DNA from: Ionaspis alba
Taxonomy: Eukaryota
DNA: 37,757 nucleotides
Assembly: GCA_964255285.1 (NCBI GenBank)
Contig: CAXUUL010000072.1
Span: 1 to 37,757, forward strand
Reading direction: 5' to 3'
Shown here: positions 20,735 to 33,583 of the stretch, in pieces
Position numbering within the stretch: the first letter of the stretch is position 1
How the letters are laid out: each line of letters opens with the position of its first letter
Translations under genes and position numbers: made by a program
Notes under the pieces: model-generated
What the model was told of the DNA's origin: nothing
Databases searched by the model: none
The model's input: the letters and a program-made list of their open reading frames with translations, nothing else

Positions 20735-23700
20735 ATGGCCTCGTTACTCGGCAAGCCGCCGTCACTCCAACGACCATCCTCAAAATCAGCATCAACCTCT
20801 TCATCCTCCGTGGTAACGGTCCAGCGCGTGACGTCGCCTCCGACTCGTAATGGTACTCGTCCTCTTGCATCAACGCTTCGATCTCAAAGTCCCACCTTAG
20901 TAACCATTTCTACCACATCCTCAAGGCGGCCATTGACCCCAGAACCGCAACGGCGGACGGGCTCAGGTCATAGTCGACGAAGCAGTATAGGGGGCATAAG
21001 CGAAGGAATGGGAAATTTGAATCGATGGTCTCAGTCGACTGCCTCGAGCAAGACGTCAGGTGTCGCACACAACAGGAAGAATAGCTTTGCGCGGAGGCTG
21101 TCAGGCTCATTTGGTGCTTTCGGCGGCTTCGCGGCCTCCCAGTCTTCTCCAGTGAAGCAGAATATTGAACAGAAGATTACTCAATCTCCTGGTATCAGCC
21201 CGGAAAGAACCCGAGCTCGACCGAGGACGCCTCCTGTACAAGCTGCAAGACGTCTGCCAACTGCCACTTATTCCACCTCATCTCCGAAGAAGCTTGATCC
21301 TCTAAAGACTCCCTCAACAAGCACTACGGCCACACCGGCCACCGTCGAACTGCTCGCACCTTCTGAGCATGTTCCAGGATTCTCCGATTATTTCGGTGAC
21401 AAATGGACTGAAAAATCACCTAAGAGGCAACGAGGCAATGGAGAAACCATGGCAGTACCGTCGGTATCAAGAGCTCCACCAGGATCCGTTCGTACCACTG
21501 GAGCATCAAAGTCCTACAATAATCAAACGTCACATGGTACTTCCTCACCGCATCGATCTTCTTCGCATACCCAAAGGAAGGAACGTGATCCGCACTCTCG
21601 GTCGAAGCACTCTCGTAACGGTGAGAGAGCTACGAAAGAAAACGGTGCTTCCGATGGCGACAGGTCAGGTTCTGGTGTCCCACGCGATAGCGAGAGATCG
21701 GCAAGACGAAGAGCACATTCGCAGAAAGCTATGCTATCAAGAGCGCTTCAAAAAGCCAAGCATGCTGTTCTACTCGACAACGCTCAGAACTATGAAGGGG
21801 CTGTAGAAGCTTACGGAGATGCGTGCAAATTATTACAACAAGTCATGCTCCGAAGCTCAGGTGATGGTGATCGTCAGAAGCTAGAAACCATTGTGAGCAT
21901 CACTGGAGACATCTCAATTTAGATTTTGGCTAACTAGTAACCGTAGCGCGTCACGTATAGTAGCAGAATCGTCGATCTTCAGACCAATGAATTGCAGTCT
22001 CGTAGCGTTGCTGATAAAGCCCTGCCCGAAGTGCCCAGGAACGCAGAGGCCAGAGAAGATGAGCCGTTCTCTCCTACTACCGATGGCGACGATGATGACG
22101 ACGGCGACCGCGTTACTGCGATTCATACAGTCCCAGTGACACAGTCTGAGTTCCAGCAGACCCGTGTCGCTAGCCGCACGGTACCGCGATCACTGAATAG
22201 AGAACAGCTACCTCCAAGGCGAGCGTCACTCATGCCATTTGGAGGTCGTGAAAACGGTGCAACAACGCCAACGATCAATGCAGACGAGCAAGACGATCCG
22301 CTCGATTCTTGGTCGATAGACAGTCCCCAGGACAGCATTGTCGAGACAACCATGAGGCTCGCACCGCCAATGGTCAAGGAATACATGCCACCTCCACTTT
22401 CTCCTAGAAGACCACTCTCGCCTGTGCCACCGGAAAAGCTCCAGCCCACCACCGCTCATACCGTAACTGCACAACAGCATGAAACAAGACAATTCCAGCA
22501 CTCCCGCCAAGAAACGGCCGAATCCACATCTTGGCTAGATACTATTGATGAATCTGGCGGTTCGTCCGCATCATCCGTTCACTCGCGATCGTCATCGATA
22601 GGACTACGAAGAAAACACATCAGAGCTCCGAGCGGTAACACTGAAGCTGAGTTCGACGCGGCTCTGGATGCTGCAGTTGAAGCAGCTTATGATGATGGCT
22701 TTGAGCCTGTTGTTGAGCATGAGCACACCGAAATCGACCTGACCCACAATACTTTCAATGCAGGCCAAGTCAACTACATCTCGGATGCGAGGAGAAATGT
22801 GGATCTTGCAAAGCAACGTGTTCGTGAAGCCGAGCGAGAGGCTGCCATAGCTGCCGCGAAAGAACAGCAAATGAAGCGTCGGTGGGACCAGCCGAAGAGG
22901 AATAGAAGCGAGAGTGTCAATGCAGAGTATGAGCCGGATGAGGCCGAAGAAGAAGAACGGATACTGGAAGAGATGACTCGAGATTATGTTATGGATGACA
23001 CCGAGTATGACGTGCAATCCAAGTCGGCTTTACCACGACAGTCAGATTCAAGTGGATTTTCCGGTCGTACCTGGGGCAGCTCCATTGGATCGAATCCAAC
23101 TACTGCAGGGACCACTCTTTCGAGTGTGGCAGAGATAGTGTCAGTCCCTACTCTTCCGCTTCAGACGGTTCCAAAGGTACCACCTCCGCCCTCACATCCT
23201 CCTCCATCTGGTGCGTTACCACCTCCACCTCAAGCCATTTCCCCCTCAACGAATGGAAACTCAACGCAGACATCGAATGCGGCACAGACAAGGCCTGCGA
23301 AGCTCGCTATCATTACTACTCCTGGGGTCAGGGAACGTAGATTGTCTGGTCAAAAGGCAAAACAGCTAATGATCGATACGACTACCAAACTGCCCAACGG
23401 TATGACGGCACCAAAGACGCAACCGCCCTCCGTACTACCACCCATCATAGCCCCTCAAGCCGTCAGCGAGCCTCCCAAATCGGCAAGCCTGGTGGAAGAG
23501 CCTAATTGGGGCGTCACGAGCGCGACGCTGCAGCCAAATATACTACCAGGCTCAGCACGAGAAGCACCATCACCTTTCCTGGCACCAAGTCCAATGGACA
23601 CTGTCTCTGGCATATCGCCAGCAACACCGGCGTCAAGTATTCTCCCCATATCAGCAAAGGGAGAAGAAGCACCCCAGATACCGGCTTCACCCACTCGAGC

Positions 23701-24928
23701 CGCAGGCAGAAGCCCTGCGCCTCCTGGTATCTTAAAGAAAAACTTCTCCTCCTCAAGCCTCCGATCCCTGAAACCGTCCACCACCGCTCCCAACATCCCC
23801 GAAGAACTACCAAGCACTCCCATCTCACGCGTCTTTTCCTCGACCTCTCAAGTCCGTCACGGACCCACCCCTGCCGTACCTGACATCCCTACTCCTATGG
23901 CCGCCAACTTCAGTCCCGCAGGTCTCTCCACCGGCGGCATCAGCTTCCTCGACAGCGACATCCACTCCCCCCTAAGCAGTGGCCCACCCCACAAATCCAC
24001 GCACAACGCTCCCCTCCCTCTGGAATCCTGCCCCGAGTCTTTCCTCCTTCGTCCTTTCTGGCTGCTGCGCTGCATCTATCATTCCATCGCCCACCCCCGT
24101 GGCGCCTACATCTCCACCCGCCTCTTCGTCCCGCGCGATATCTGGCGTGTCAAGAACGTCAAGCTGAAAGGTGTCGACGAGAAGGTCTCGAATTGCGATA
24201 TGCTGACTGCTGCGCTCTTGAAGCTGGCGAAAGTCGACATGCTGGATGCGGACGCTGTCCTTGAGGAGATGCAGGCGTTTGAGATTGTCCTCGATCAGAT
24301 CCAAGCGCTGTTGACGAAGAAACTGGGCAGTGAAGTCGGCGTGCAAGGCTCTGCGTATCTATTCAAAGGCTCTCCGACAGGAGACGACGTGGGTGAGGGC
24401 CTCGGAACAAGAAGTACAAGTGCGGGCGGGAAGAGCTATCTTTCCAGTTGGCGAAAGTTGAGATCCAAGACTTCGGCCGCGCAGGGAGCGCCGGTCGCGA
24501 TGGCAGGGATGGCGGGGAAGGAGAATGCGAGGGAGACGCTAACGATGAAGAGTCTGCCCATGACCGCGAGTATGAATCCGAGGTTTCCGAAGAGGGATGT
24601 CGCGAAGGTGGTCGGTGTGGGGCCGCATGCTCATTATATGACTGCGTTGGCGAGACTGTGCGATGCCGTGCAGGTGCTTGGTAGGTCTTTTGCTTGCTTG
24701 CGCTGTGGTGAGAGAGGGCTTGGGGCTAATGTTTGTGAAGACCAGATTGCGAGACAGGTTGAGGATCCGGGGCTTAAGCACTCGTCGCAGACTCATGTGG
24801 GACTTGAGTTGAGTACGAGGCATGCGGCTGAGTTTTTTGGGTTCTTTGTTTGTCGGTTTGTGCTGGCGGATATAGGACTTATGCTGGATAAGTTCGTGAA
24901 GAGGGGGAGTGAGTGGGTTTTGGCTTAA
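20735..24928 (+). CDS. Large MIT-domain-containing protein (conserved fungal, largely disordered); introns 21893-21946 and 24681-24740
   Basis: MIT-like helices QKAMLSRALQKAKHAVLLDNAQNYEGAVEAYGDACKLLQQV...RQKLETIRVTY. Long S/P-rich regions and an ordered C-terminal domain (RPFWLLRCIYHSIAHPRGAYISTRLFVPRDIW ... DKFVKRGSEWV). Confidence 0.82.
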
Positions 24929-25653
24929 GCTGGTAGAGCATGAAAGCAGAGGAGAGGCGTGGGAGGGAGGGAAGAGAAGGCGGTTTAGTAGGGAAGACAT
25001 CTAGCGTGGAGTAAGGATCTTTGTATCTTTGAATGTTTTTTGCTATAGCTGGAGGGTTGGGACACATCGTGTATGTGTGTATGGGATATTCTAGCTGGTA
25101 AGACTGGCGATGGGTAAAGGGATTCTTTGTATATGTTTAACTTGGGGAGGGTATTAGTAGCTGTGTTGCTGTTTTGATAGATGCACGGTCTCGGCTTTGG
25201 CTCCGAAGGTTCTACATGAGCAATTCTTATTACCAGATGTTGTTTCGTGGAACTGGTTGGAAGTTCGGGATTGACAGCATAAGTGAGCGTATCGATTCAG
25301 TCTCGCGGTCTTACTGGATGTGCCATCGTGAGCTCGCTTTAATTATCTACAGGCGCGGCAGGATTCGAGACCTTACGGCCATTTCGAGCACAGTAATTGA
25401 CAAGAATTCGACCGACATAATTACTACTGCTGCATAGATCTGACTTTTAGTCAGAACTCTTGACGCTTCGAAGTTCTAATCAAAGGCAAGAGAGAGGCCC
25501 GGTAATTTTGATTGGTCACAAAAGTCTGCTGTTTTTCTTTTCGTTCAATTGTATCCGGTCTATCCGAGTGTCTTGATATTTTCAGAAGAGAATAGATATC
25601 CCATCGACGTCTCTCGTTTATACTCCTCTACACTTTTTGTCACATAAACAACT

Positions 25654-26972
25654 ATGCCCGAGACAATGCGCGCAGTTGGTGAGCCTCGCACCCCTTGCAA
25701 ACCTGAGCCCCCGACAGACCATTCCCTGACATCCACATTCAGATATCAAAGACGGCAAAGGCCCCGCGACCTCCCTCTACATCACCTCAGATGCCGTCAA
25801 GCCCATTCCCAAAGATAGCGAAGCCCTCGTCCGTATCCGTGCCTTCGGCCTCAACCGGATGGACCTGCTCCNNNNNNNNNNNNNNNNNNNNNNNNNNNNN
25901 NNNNNNNNNNNNNNNNNNNNNNNNNNNNNNNNNNNNNNNNNNNNNNNNNNNNNNNNNNNNNNNNNNNNNNNAGCGAAGCCCTCGTCCGTATCCGTGCCTT
26001 CGGCCTCAACCGGATGGACCTGCTCCAGCGCGAGGGCAATTACCCAGTCCCGCCTCAAGCACCCGAAACTCTGGGTGTCGAGTTCTCCGGCACGATCGTT
26101 GCCAAAGCTAAGAACGGCGAGCGGGAGTTCGAGGTCGGAGATGAAGTCTTTGGTCTGGCGTATGGAGGCGCGTATGCGGAGTTTATAGCTGTATCGACGC
26201 ATATGCTTGTGCATAAGCCGAAGGAGTTGAGCTGGGTGGAGGCGGCGGGGATTCCGGAGGTATGTGCTTTTCCTGCGGGAATTTCCTCCTTGCTGCTGCG
26301 TTAGGAGGTAGAACATAAGGAGCTGATGGAGTGGTGGAGCAGACTTGGATCACAGCCACCCAGGCTATGTATCTCGTTGGGGAGTTTGCACCAGGGAAAT
26401 CGATCCTCTGGCATGCGGGTGCGTCGTCAGTCTCGATTGCAGGAATCCAGCTTGCGCGAGGAGATGGTGCGGCGGCTGTCTATGTGACCGCTGGATCGGA
26501 TGAGAAGGTCGAGTTCTGCACTAAGGTACTAGGGGCGACTGCTGGTTTTAACTACCATACACAAGACTGGTCACAGGAAATCCTCAAAGCGACTAATGGC
26601 AAGGGAGTTGATGTTATCGTCGATTTTGTAGGCCAGAATTATTTTCAGGGGAATTTGAATGCTGCGGCTAGGGACGGAAGGATTGTGTTGCTGGGCATGA
26701 TGAGTGGGAGCAAGCTGCCGGCCGGCGCGGATATTGGGCCATTTTTGTGGAAGAGGTTGAGGATGGAGGGAAGTAGTTTGAGGAGTCGGGATGAAGATTA
26801 TCAAGGGAAGCTAAGGGATAGGTTGGTGGAGCATGCTTTACCCAAATTCATCGATGGGACGTTTAAGGTACTCGTGGAGAAAGTTTTCACGTGGGAGGAG
26901 ATTGTGAAGGCGCATGAGTTTATGGAATCGAATCAGTCGAAAGGGAAGATTATCTGTACGATAGATCAATAG
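25654..26972 (+). CDS. NADPH:quinone oxidoreductase, PIG3/zeta-crystallin (MDR) family; introns 25679-25742 and 26260-26342; interrupted by a probably false gap
   Basis: MRAVDIK..., VRIRAFGLNRMDLLQREGNYPVPP, LGVEFSG, GGAYAEF, AAGIPE|TWITATQA, LWHAGASSV, GVDVIVDFVG, C-terminal MESNQSKGKII. Confidence 0.92.
25817..26026. other. 100-N gap (25872-25971) flanked by an identical 55-bp direct repeat; likely uncollapsed contig overlap
   Basis: 25817-25871 is identical to 25972-26026. Collapsing them restores the reading frame SEALVRIRAFGLNRMDLLQREG. Confidence 0.9.
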
Positions 26973-27214
26973 GATGCCTCATACTAGAGGGAAGGAGCAA
27001 GTTCTGGATATGGTAACCAGAGGATAGTGTACAGTCGTATGTTGCATCTTACAACTCGTCTATAGTACAGTGGCCCCCCTACCGTCACAAACAATGAAAG
27101 AATAGCCATTTTATATGTCACCTCCCGGTATCCAGCCATACTCTGCACTAGATGGCCATGACCCAAACCAAAAACTAACAAGAAAGACATCATTCATGTG
27201 TGAGTTGCATCTAG

Positions 27215-29755
27215 TCATATCATCTCGCCCTCGCCTTCCTCTTCGGCATTATCATCATCGTCCCAGTCAATCTCAGCTGCTGCTTTCTCAGCTGCACGTT
27301 GAACCTGGAGTCAAGTCAATCAAATAAAACTCGAGTCACATGGGATGTGGAAACTCACCTCTTTCAAGCCACTGAGCTCCTCGACGTAGTCTTTCTCGTT
27401 TAGCGCCATCTTCACAAATTGCCAGCCGTCCTTGGTGTATGCGCTCGTGATGGTGTCCGAACATGCACTGCAACAATCGTAGCTTTTCCCACTAGTCACT
27501 AGGTTCTGAAACGTAGATAGGAACCCGCGGATCTGGTGGGGGACGATGCCAAGAGGATGGTCTCCCGTGTCTTCGGTCTGAGATACTGGCGATGGCGCCA
27601 ACGCCCCGAGTGGATGTTGAAGAATAGATACGAGCACCTCAACTAGGAGAGCAGAAGCAATGGCAGCGATCCCAGGTCGTGTCACAGTACATTGCTGATC
27701 TAGAGTTCGATCTGCCACGGACTGATGAAAACAGTATGAGCCAATACCTAAGATATGAGAACGACGGATAAATTATACTTACGTCTGCAGGAGCGACGAC
27801 GTCATTGCAAAAGTAGCATCCAAGCTCCTTGTCTGGCTGATCTGCATTCTTCTGCCCATGTCTCATAACAACGAAGGTGTCAAACCCAAGAGCAGAGTTC
27901 ATCACTATCTTTCCAGTAGCTTTGCCCATGACAGTTGGCAACCAGCGAGACTCTCGGGTATCCATAAGCAAGAAAATGACATCGTGCTCGTCAATCAGTT
28001 TCTTCAGCACATCAAAATCAGCCTTGACCTTAGACTCATCCATTATAGGATGGCCGGCCATAGGCACTGATAAGACGTAGCCTGTGGAGTCAACGCCAGG
28101 ATAGATTTCCTTCAACGATTCCGCCGCACGGTGGGCTTTCTTGGCACCTCCTGCGAGACAGTCCTCGAAATTGAAAAGTGGTTGTCGCACGGGATTTGAA
28201 AATGACACAGACCCATTGTCGACAAACGTAATTTTGCGAACGCCCCATCCCTAACATAAGTCGTTAATACTTTCTCAAAGACTAAAGCAAATAGTAGTAT
28301 CATCTCTACCGACTCACAAGAAGGTTCCTTGCCACATAGCTCCCGAGCGTACCAGCACCCAGTAGTAAACACTTTGTCTCTTTAATTTTGTCAAGGTCCA
28401 ATCCAGGAGCTATACGCCACTTGATCAGTTTTAGGTTGAGATCAACTGCTTGGTCAGCCAGCCTATATCTTTGTCAGTAGAGATAGCAAGAGATTGCCAC
28501 AAACTCCTTCGCACCTCTGTGGGTCCATGTATTCTCCTAGATTTGCAATTTTACTAGTGACCTTCCCAGACGTATTTCTCTCCCATCCAGTGATTCTCGG
28601 TAGATCCGAAGAGCCTGCCGAGTCTGCTGCATCGGTCTCAATCTGCAGTATGATACTCCTGCCTTCGTGGCGGCGTGCTTGCGTATCCCTATAACATAGA
28701 ATCTGCGCGTTATTGAGCTTCCACCGCTCCCGTATCAAAACCAAAAGATTCCTTAACATCCAGCCTGGGTGAGTCTCATATGTAGATGGGTCTGAAAAGC
28801 AGATGAAGCGATCATCCGAGTCAATGCCATCAAAGAAACCCTCCTCATAACTCCGCAGAGAACCAATGGCCCAGGAAAATCCAAGATTGATTCCCGGAGT
28901 ACCAGGCGTAACAGGTGTTTGTGGTCTGAGCCTTTCTGGCTGCACCTCTTTGGTCTTTTCGTCGTCACTGTATAATCTCTCGCCGTCTTGCGCCGCGAAC
29001 GGCCTTACTCTCTTTGCAAGAAAAAAGCCGTACTGCCGCGCATCTACGCCGTACCGCCAGGTTTGCACAGAGTCCACTAGTGCAGTAGTCTCATCACCCG
29101 TGAAATGTGTCGTATCGCCCGTAGCAGTTTTCTGTTGCGGAGGCGCAGCAGCATCGGACTGACTATCAGAACCAGGCGCAAAGTGCCAGGCGGGCTCGGA
29201 ATGAAGAGCGGGAAACCCGAAAAGATAGGTAAATTTGTATTTCTTGAGATCGGCGAAGCATATGACCGTAAAAGATGCCAGGAGGGAAGGGCAGGAATAG
29301 ATTGTACCGTCGTTGATGGCATCCCAAATCTGTAGAGGAGATCAGTCCACTGAGTTCAGCGTCCCATGCGGAGGCCCTTCCGTACTGTGCGACCAGCTCT
29401 GTTCAAGATCTTGGTCTTATCTAAGTTTCGGTAGTCCTCGATGGTATTGACATTCTTGATCATGCCTTCAGCTCTACAGAACCCTGCTGGGACTCTGTTT
29501 GTTTGGCAGCAGTCAGTACGGGATTGATTGAGATCTTTTATTGGGACTTTCTAACTCATCACCTGTCAACGAGTTTCCATGTAGTTGCATGCGGCATGAT
29601 GCGTCTGGTTCATCGTTTGGGCGTATTTCATACAGCCCTAGTAGACGCCGTGCAGAGTCGTCAAGTCGATCATGGTTGATCTTATGTGATGCAAGAGAGG
29701 TATAAAAAGGAAGCTCTATGTCAGAGGAGAAAGGGGCGAACTTCAACAGGCTCAT
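27215..29755 (-). CDS. ATG7: Autophagy E1-like activating enzyme Atg7, about 7 exons
   Basis: N-terminal [48 protein letters not shown]. Adenylation domain [55 protein letters not shown]. Catalytic [10 protein letters not shown]. Last exon ends EGEMI* at 27215. Confidence 0.97.
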
Positions 29756-29983
29756 TGTTGACTACTGGCGCGACCCGTAACGGGCTCTTTCTGGTGGTGA
29801 ATAGTAAGGAGAGCTGTGGCGCCAGAAAGGGTATGAGTTGCTTCTACTCGTTATATGGCCTTCTTGTCACGAATGACTCTCATGAAACGTAGGGAATATA
29901 CACGGGTTGGTCAAGTATTCATCAGGCCGCTTCGATACTAACAAGATGCCGAGGACGGTGACCTTGGCATCATATGACGCCGG

Positions 29984-30102
29984 CGCGAGATCCTTTGCGA
30001 CACAGTCGAGCTAGTGATTCTACCCCTGACGATCACGTCGCGTGAAATTGCCGCGCGCATTCTCCTATACCTTTCTTTTGAACCATCTTGTCGACGCCGC
30101 GT
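29984..30102. promoter_or_regulatory. Cluster of CGCG (MCB-like) cores in the divergent ATG7/DCD1 promoter
   Basis: CGCG at 29984, 30039 (ACGCGA on minus), 30052 and 30098 within a 385-bp intergenic gap. dNTP-supply genes are typical MBF targets in yeasts. Confidence 0.3.
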
Positions 30103-30140
30103 GGAATGAAACTTGTAGCCAGAGAGCACATACAGGAGAA

Positions 30141-31502
30141 ATGTTCATAGGGCTCTGCGGAGGTCAGTATCAGAAAAGCTTCTGGAGACGTCCGTAATCT
30201 GACCCACACCTAGGAATCTGCGCAGGAAAGCATTCAGTTGCCAAGTATCTTGTCGAGCATCATGGTTTTTACAAATTACATCTTGCTCGCGCATCTTCAA
30301 CACCTTTAGTAGAAAAGTCTGCTTCCGAGGCGCGTCTTTTCAAGCCGGGCCTGGAAGATCATGAGAAGCAACTAGATGGGGTCTCTTTCTCATCTGTTAA
30401 TCTACTTCTAGAACACGTGACTAAACAATGGCATCGTCGATGGGTTACTACGGACATCTGGGACGAGGAAATACTCGAAAGTCTCTTGCGTAGACCCTTC
30501 TTTCTACTTGTCAGTGTCGATGCTCCCATAACGTTACGTTGGGAGAGATTCAAGGAAAGGTTGTGGTGTACACTTTATATTCATCTATTCTTCTAAGTGG
30601 CTCACGATTTGCAAGGTGTACGACGTATGATCAGACGCCACCCTCCTTAGAGCAGTTCGTCATCCGCAACGACAACCATCTCTACCATCAGGAGGCTGGA
30701 TTAGCGAATCTGATTGACCGCGCAGAGGTTCGACTTATCAACTCGACATCCTCAATACCTCGTTTTCACGAGGCACTCGAGAGACTGGATTTAATGAACG
30801 AGCAACGACTGAGACCCAGCTGGGATCTGTATTTCATGCAGCTCGCTTCTCTAGCCGCACAACGAAGCAATTGCATGAAAAGGAGAGTTGGCTGTGTGCT
30901 TGTCCGAGAGAAAAGAGTAATCAGTACGGGCTACAATGGGACGCCTCGTAATCTGAAGAATTGTAATGAAGGTGGATGTAGGTCCAGTACCTGAGCACAT
31001 TGGCGGAGTGGACCGGTGCTGACGTTCGAAGGCTCAAGATGCAACGACGGCCAGAGCGCAGGTGTCGGTCTCTCAACCTGTTTGTGCATTCACGCAGAGG
31101 AGAATGCATTGCTTGAGGCAGGTCGAGAGAGGATTAGAGAGGGGTCAATTCTCTACTGCGATACGTGAGTCCGTTCCGCTGAATGAGTTGATAGAGCCAT
31201 TTTTGACGCTCTTTTCAGCTGCCCATGCCTTACCTGTAGCATTAAGATCACTCAAGTTGGTATCTCAGAAGTCGTGTTCTCTCAGGGATATAGTATGGAT
31301 CAACAGGTAAGTTGGCAAATCCTGGCCGGTATATTGACTGACTTCCGAAAGACCGCAGCTGTTTTCCTTGAAGGTGGTGTGAAATTGAGGCAGTTCTCTC
31401 CAGTAAGGATATTCAAGAACTTCGTCCACGTCGAATTCATGGCTCATCGGATTATAGCCGCGTAAGGGACTTATACATCTGGACTCGGGAAAAGAGGTAT
31501 GA
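30141..31502 (+). CDS. DCD1: dCMP deaminase (fungal form with N-terminal P-loop-like domain), multi-exon
   Basis: MFIGLCG|GICAGK start; RPSWDLYFMQLA, RSNCMKRRVGC, STGYNGTP; zinc motifs CIHAEENAL and PCLTC. Final exon PRKGLIHLDSGKEV* ends at 31502. Confidence 0.94.
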
Positions 31503-31699
31503 TCTAAGGTCGAGCACTGCTAAGTCTCGTCTCGAGGTTGAGAAGCTGTTGCCATCATCAAAGGCACTCCAACTGCATGGCACTATGAAGCCGCCAGGAG
31601 CACTGTTTTCACGGCCAGTTCTTCGAAAGCGCCGGCGCTTCGGCGTATCAAAGGCTGTCAACCTTAATTTTTTTGGCGCGACATTTTGGTCACCCCACC

Positions 31700-31708
31700 T
31701 TGACTCAT
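31700..31708. promoter_or_regulatory. Gcn4/CpcA/CPC-1 response element upstream of HIS7
   Basis: TTGACTCAT about 80 bp upstream of the ATG, with a weaker TGACTA at 31738. Histidine genes are established cross-pathway-control targets. Confidence 0.7.
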
Positions 31709-31786
31709 CCCACTGAACAGACATCGGAGTAAATCTGTGACTACTTATCCTCACGGGCAGCAACAATTTGTGCATTATGCTAAAAG

Positions 31787-33583
31787 ATGCCAACTGTTCA
31801 TCTTCTCGATTATGTTGCCGGAAACGTGCGCTCGTTGGTCAATGCGATCGAGAAAGTCGGTTACACTGTCGAATGGATCAAGGAACCAAGTGACATTAAG
31901 AGTGCAGAGGTACTTATCGAGACTCTCATGGCAGCTTCGTCATATTGCAGCATGCTGAGAGATGAACAAGAAACTTATTCTCCCTGGTGTAGGCCACTTC
32001 GGTCACTGCTTGAAACAATTCGCCCATGGAGGGTTCCTCGAACCAGTGCGTAAACATATTGAATCTGGAAAACCTTTCATGGGCATATGTGTCGGCCTGC
32101 AAGCCCTCTTCGAAGGCTCGACCGAGGACCCCGCAGTTCCCGGACTTGGTCTCATTCCTGGGCAGCTCCGCAAATTTGATGATAGGGACAAAAGTGTGCC
32201 TCACATCGGCTGGAACTCTGCCATTGCGTCAAATTCCACGAGTTCCGAAAACAATTCTTTTTATAGTTTACGTCCGAGTAGTAAGTACTATTACGTGCAT
32301 TCGTACGCACTGCAACATCAGAAGCAGGTCTTGGAGGACCTTGGCTGGACAGTTGCTCTGGCAAAATATGGTGATGAGGAATTCGTTGGTGCAATCGGCA
32401 AGGAGAATATCTTTGCCACGCAATTCCATCCCGAGAAAAGCGGGATCGCAGGGCTCAGAGTCATAAAAGCCTTTTTGGAGGGCCGAAAATGGGAAAAATT
32501 GGAACCTCAACAGACACATTCTGACCCGCCAACCGGGCTGACTCGCCGAGTAATTGCTTGCCTCGATGTTCGTACTAACGATACAGGTGATCTCGTCGTC
32601 ACCAAGGGCGATCAATACGATGTACGTGAGAAGGACCCATCTGCCACTGGGGGCCAGGTCAGAAATCTTGGTAAACCTGTTGATATGGCTCGAAAGTACT
32701 ATGAACAAGGAGCAGACGAGGTCACCTTTCTCAACATAACGTCTTTCCGAAACTGCCCACTTGCTGATCTTCCAATGTTGGAGATCCTCCGGCGCACCTC
32801 GGAGACGGTTTTTGTTCCATTGACTATTGGCGGAGGCATCCGTAACTCCACAGACATTGACGGGACTAAGGTCTCCGCCCTTGAAGTTGCGACGATGTAC
32901 TTTAAGTCCGGTGCCGACAAGGTCAGCATTGGCTCAGATGCAGTCATCGCCGCGGAAGACTTCATAAAGAGTGGTAAGAAGTTGTCCGGAACGACTGCGA
33001 TCGAGACAATCTCAGCAGCATATGGTAACCAGGCAGTTGTGGTCAGCGTCGACCCGAAACGTGTATACGTGGACTCACCCGAAAGCACTCATCACCATAC
33101 AATCAAAACTCGTTCTAAGGGGCCATCCAACGAGGGGTACTGTTGGTACCAATGTACCATCAAAGGTGGTAGGGAAGGACGTGATATGGACGTTCGCCAG
33201 CTGGTGACGGCGGTTGAAGCCATGGGTGCCGGCGAGATACTCCTCAACTGTATTGATAAGGATGGAAGCAATAGCGGATTCGATCTAGAATTGATCAACG
33301 ATGTGAAAGAGGCTGTCAAAATCCCTGTCATCGCTTCGAGTGGAGCCGGCAAACCATTGCATTTCTTGGAAGCCTTTCAAGAGACGAAGACAGATGCTGC
33401 ACTCGGAGCAGGTATGGTAAGATTACTCTCCTGATTCCTCCCCTTGGCTTGCTGGACACTGACGGTATGATATCTTAGTTTCATCGTGGAGAGTACACGG
33501 TCAAGGAGGTCAAGGACTTCCTTGCCATTCATGGGGCATTGGTGAGACAGTTTGAGGGGCTATCTGAGGCTGGCTCAATTTGA
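31787..33583 (+). CDS. HIS7: Bifunctional imidazole glycerol phosphate synthase HisHF; exons 31787-31909, 31971-33416, 33479-33583
   Basis: [26 protein letters not shown] (catalytic Cys), VPHIGWN, QFHPEKS. Cyclase domain [38 protein letters not shown]. Confidence 0.97.

Noticed and set aside
28463..29335. Apparent stop or frameshift splitting ATG7 in the ORF track
   Set aside because: Manual translation from the acceptor near 29330 (IWDAINDG...[12 protein letters not shown]) is continuous with the 29077-28463 ORF; the split comes from ORF start calling.
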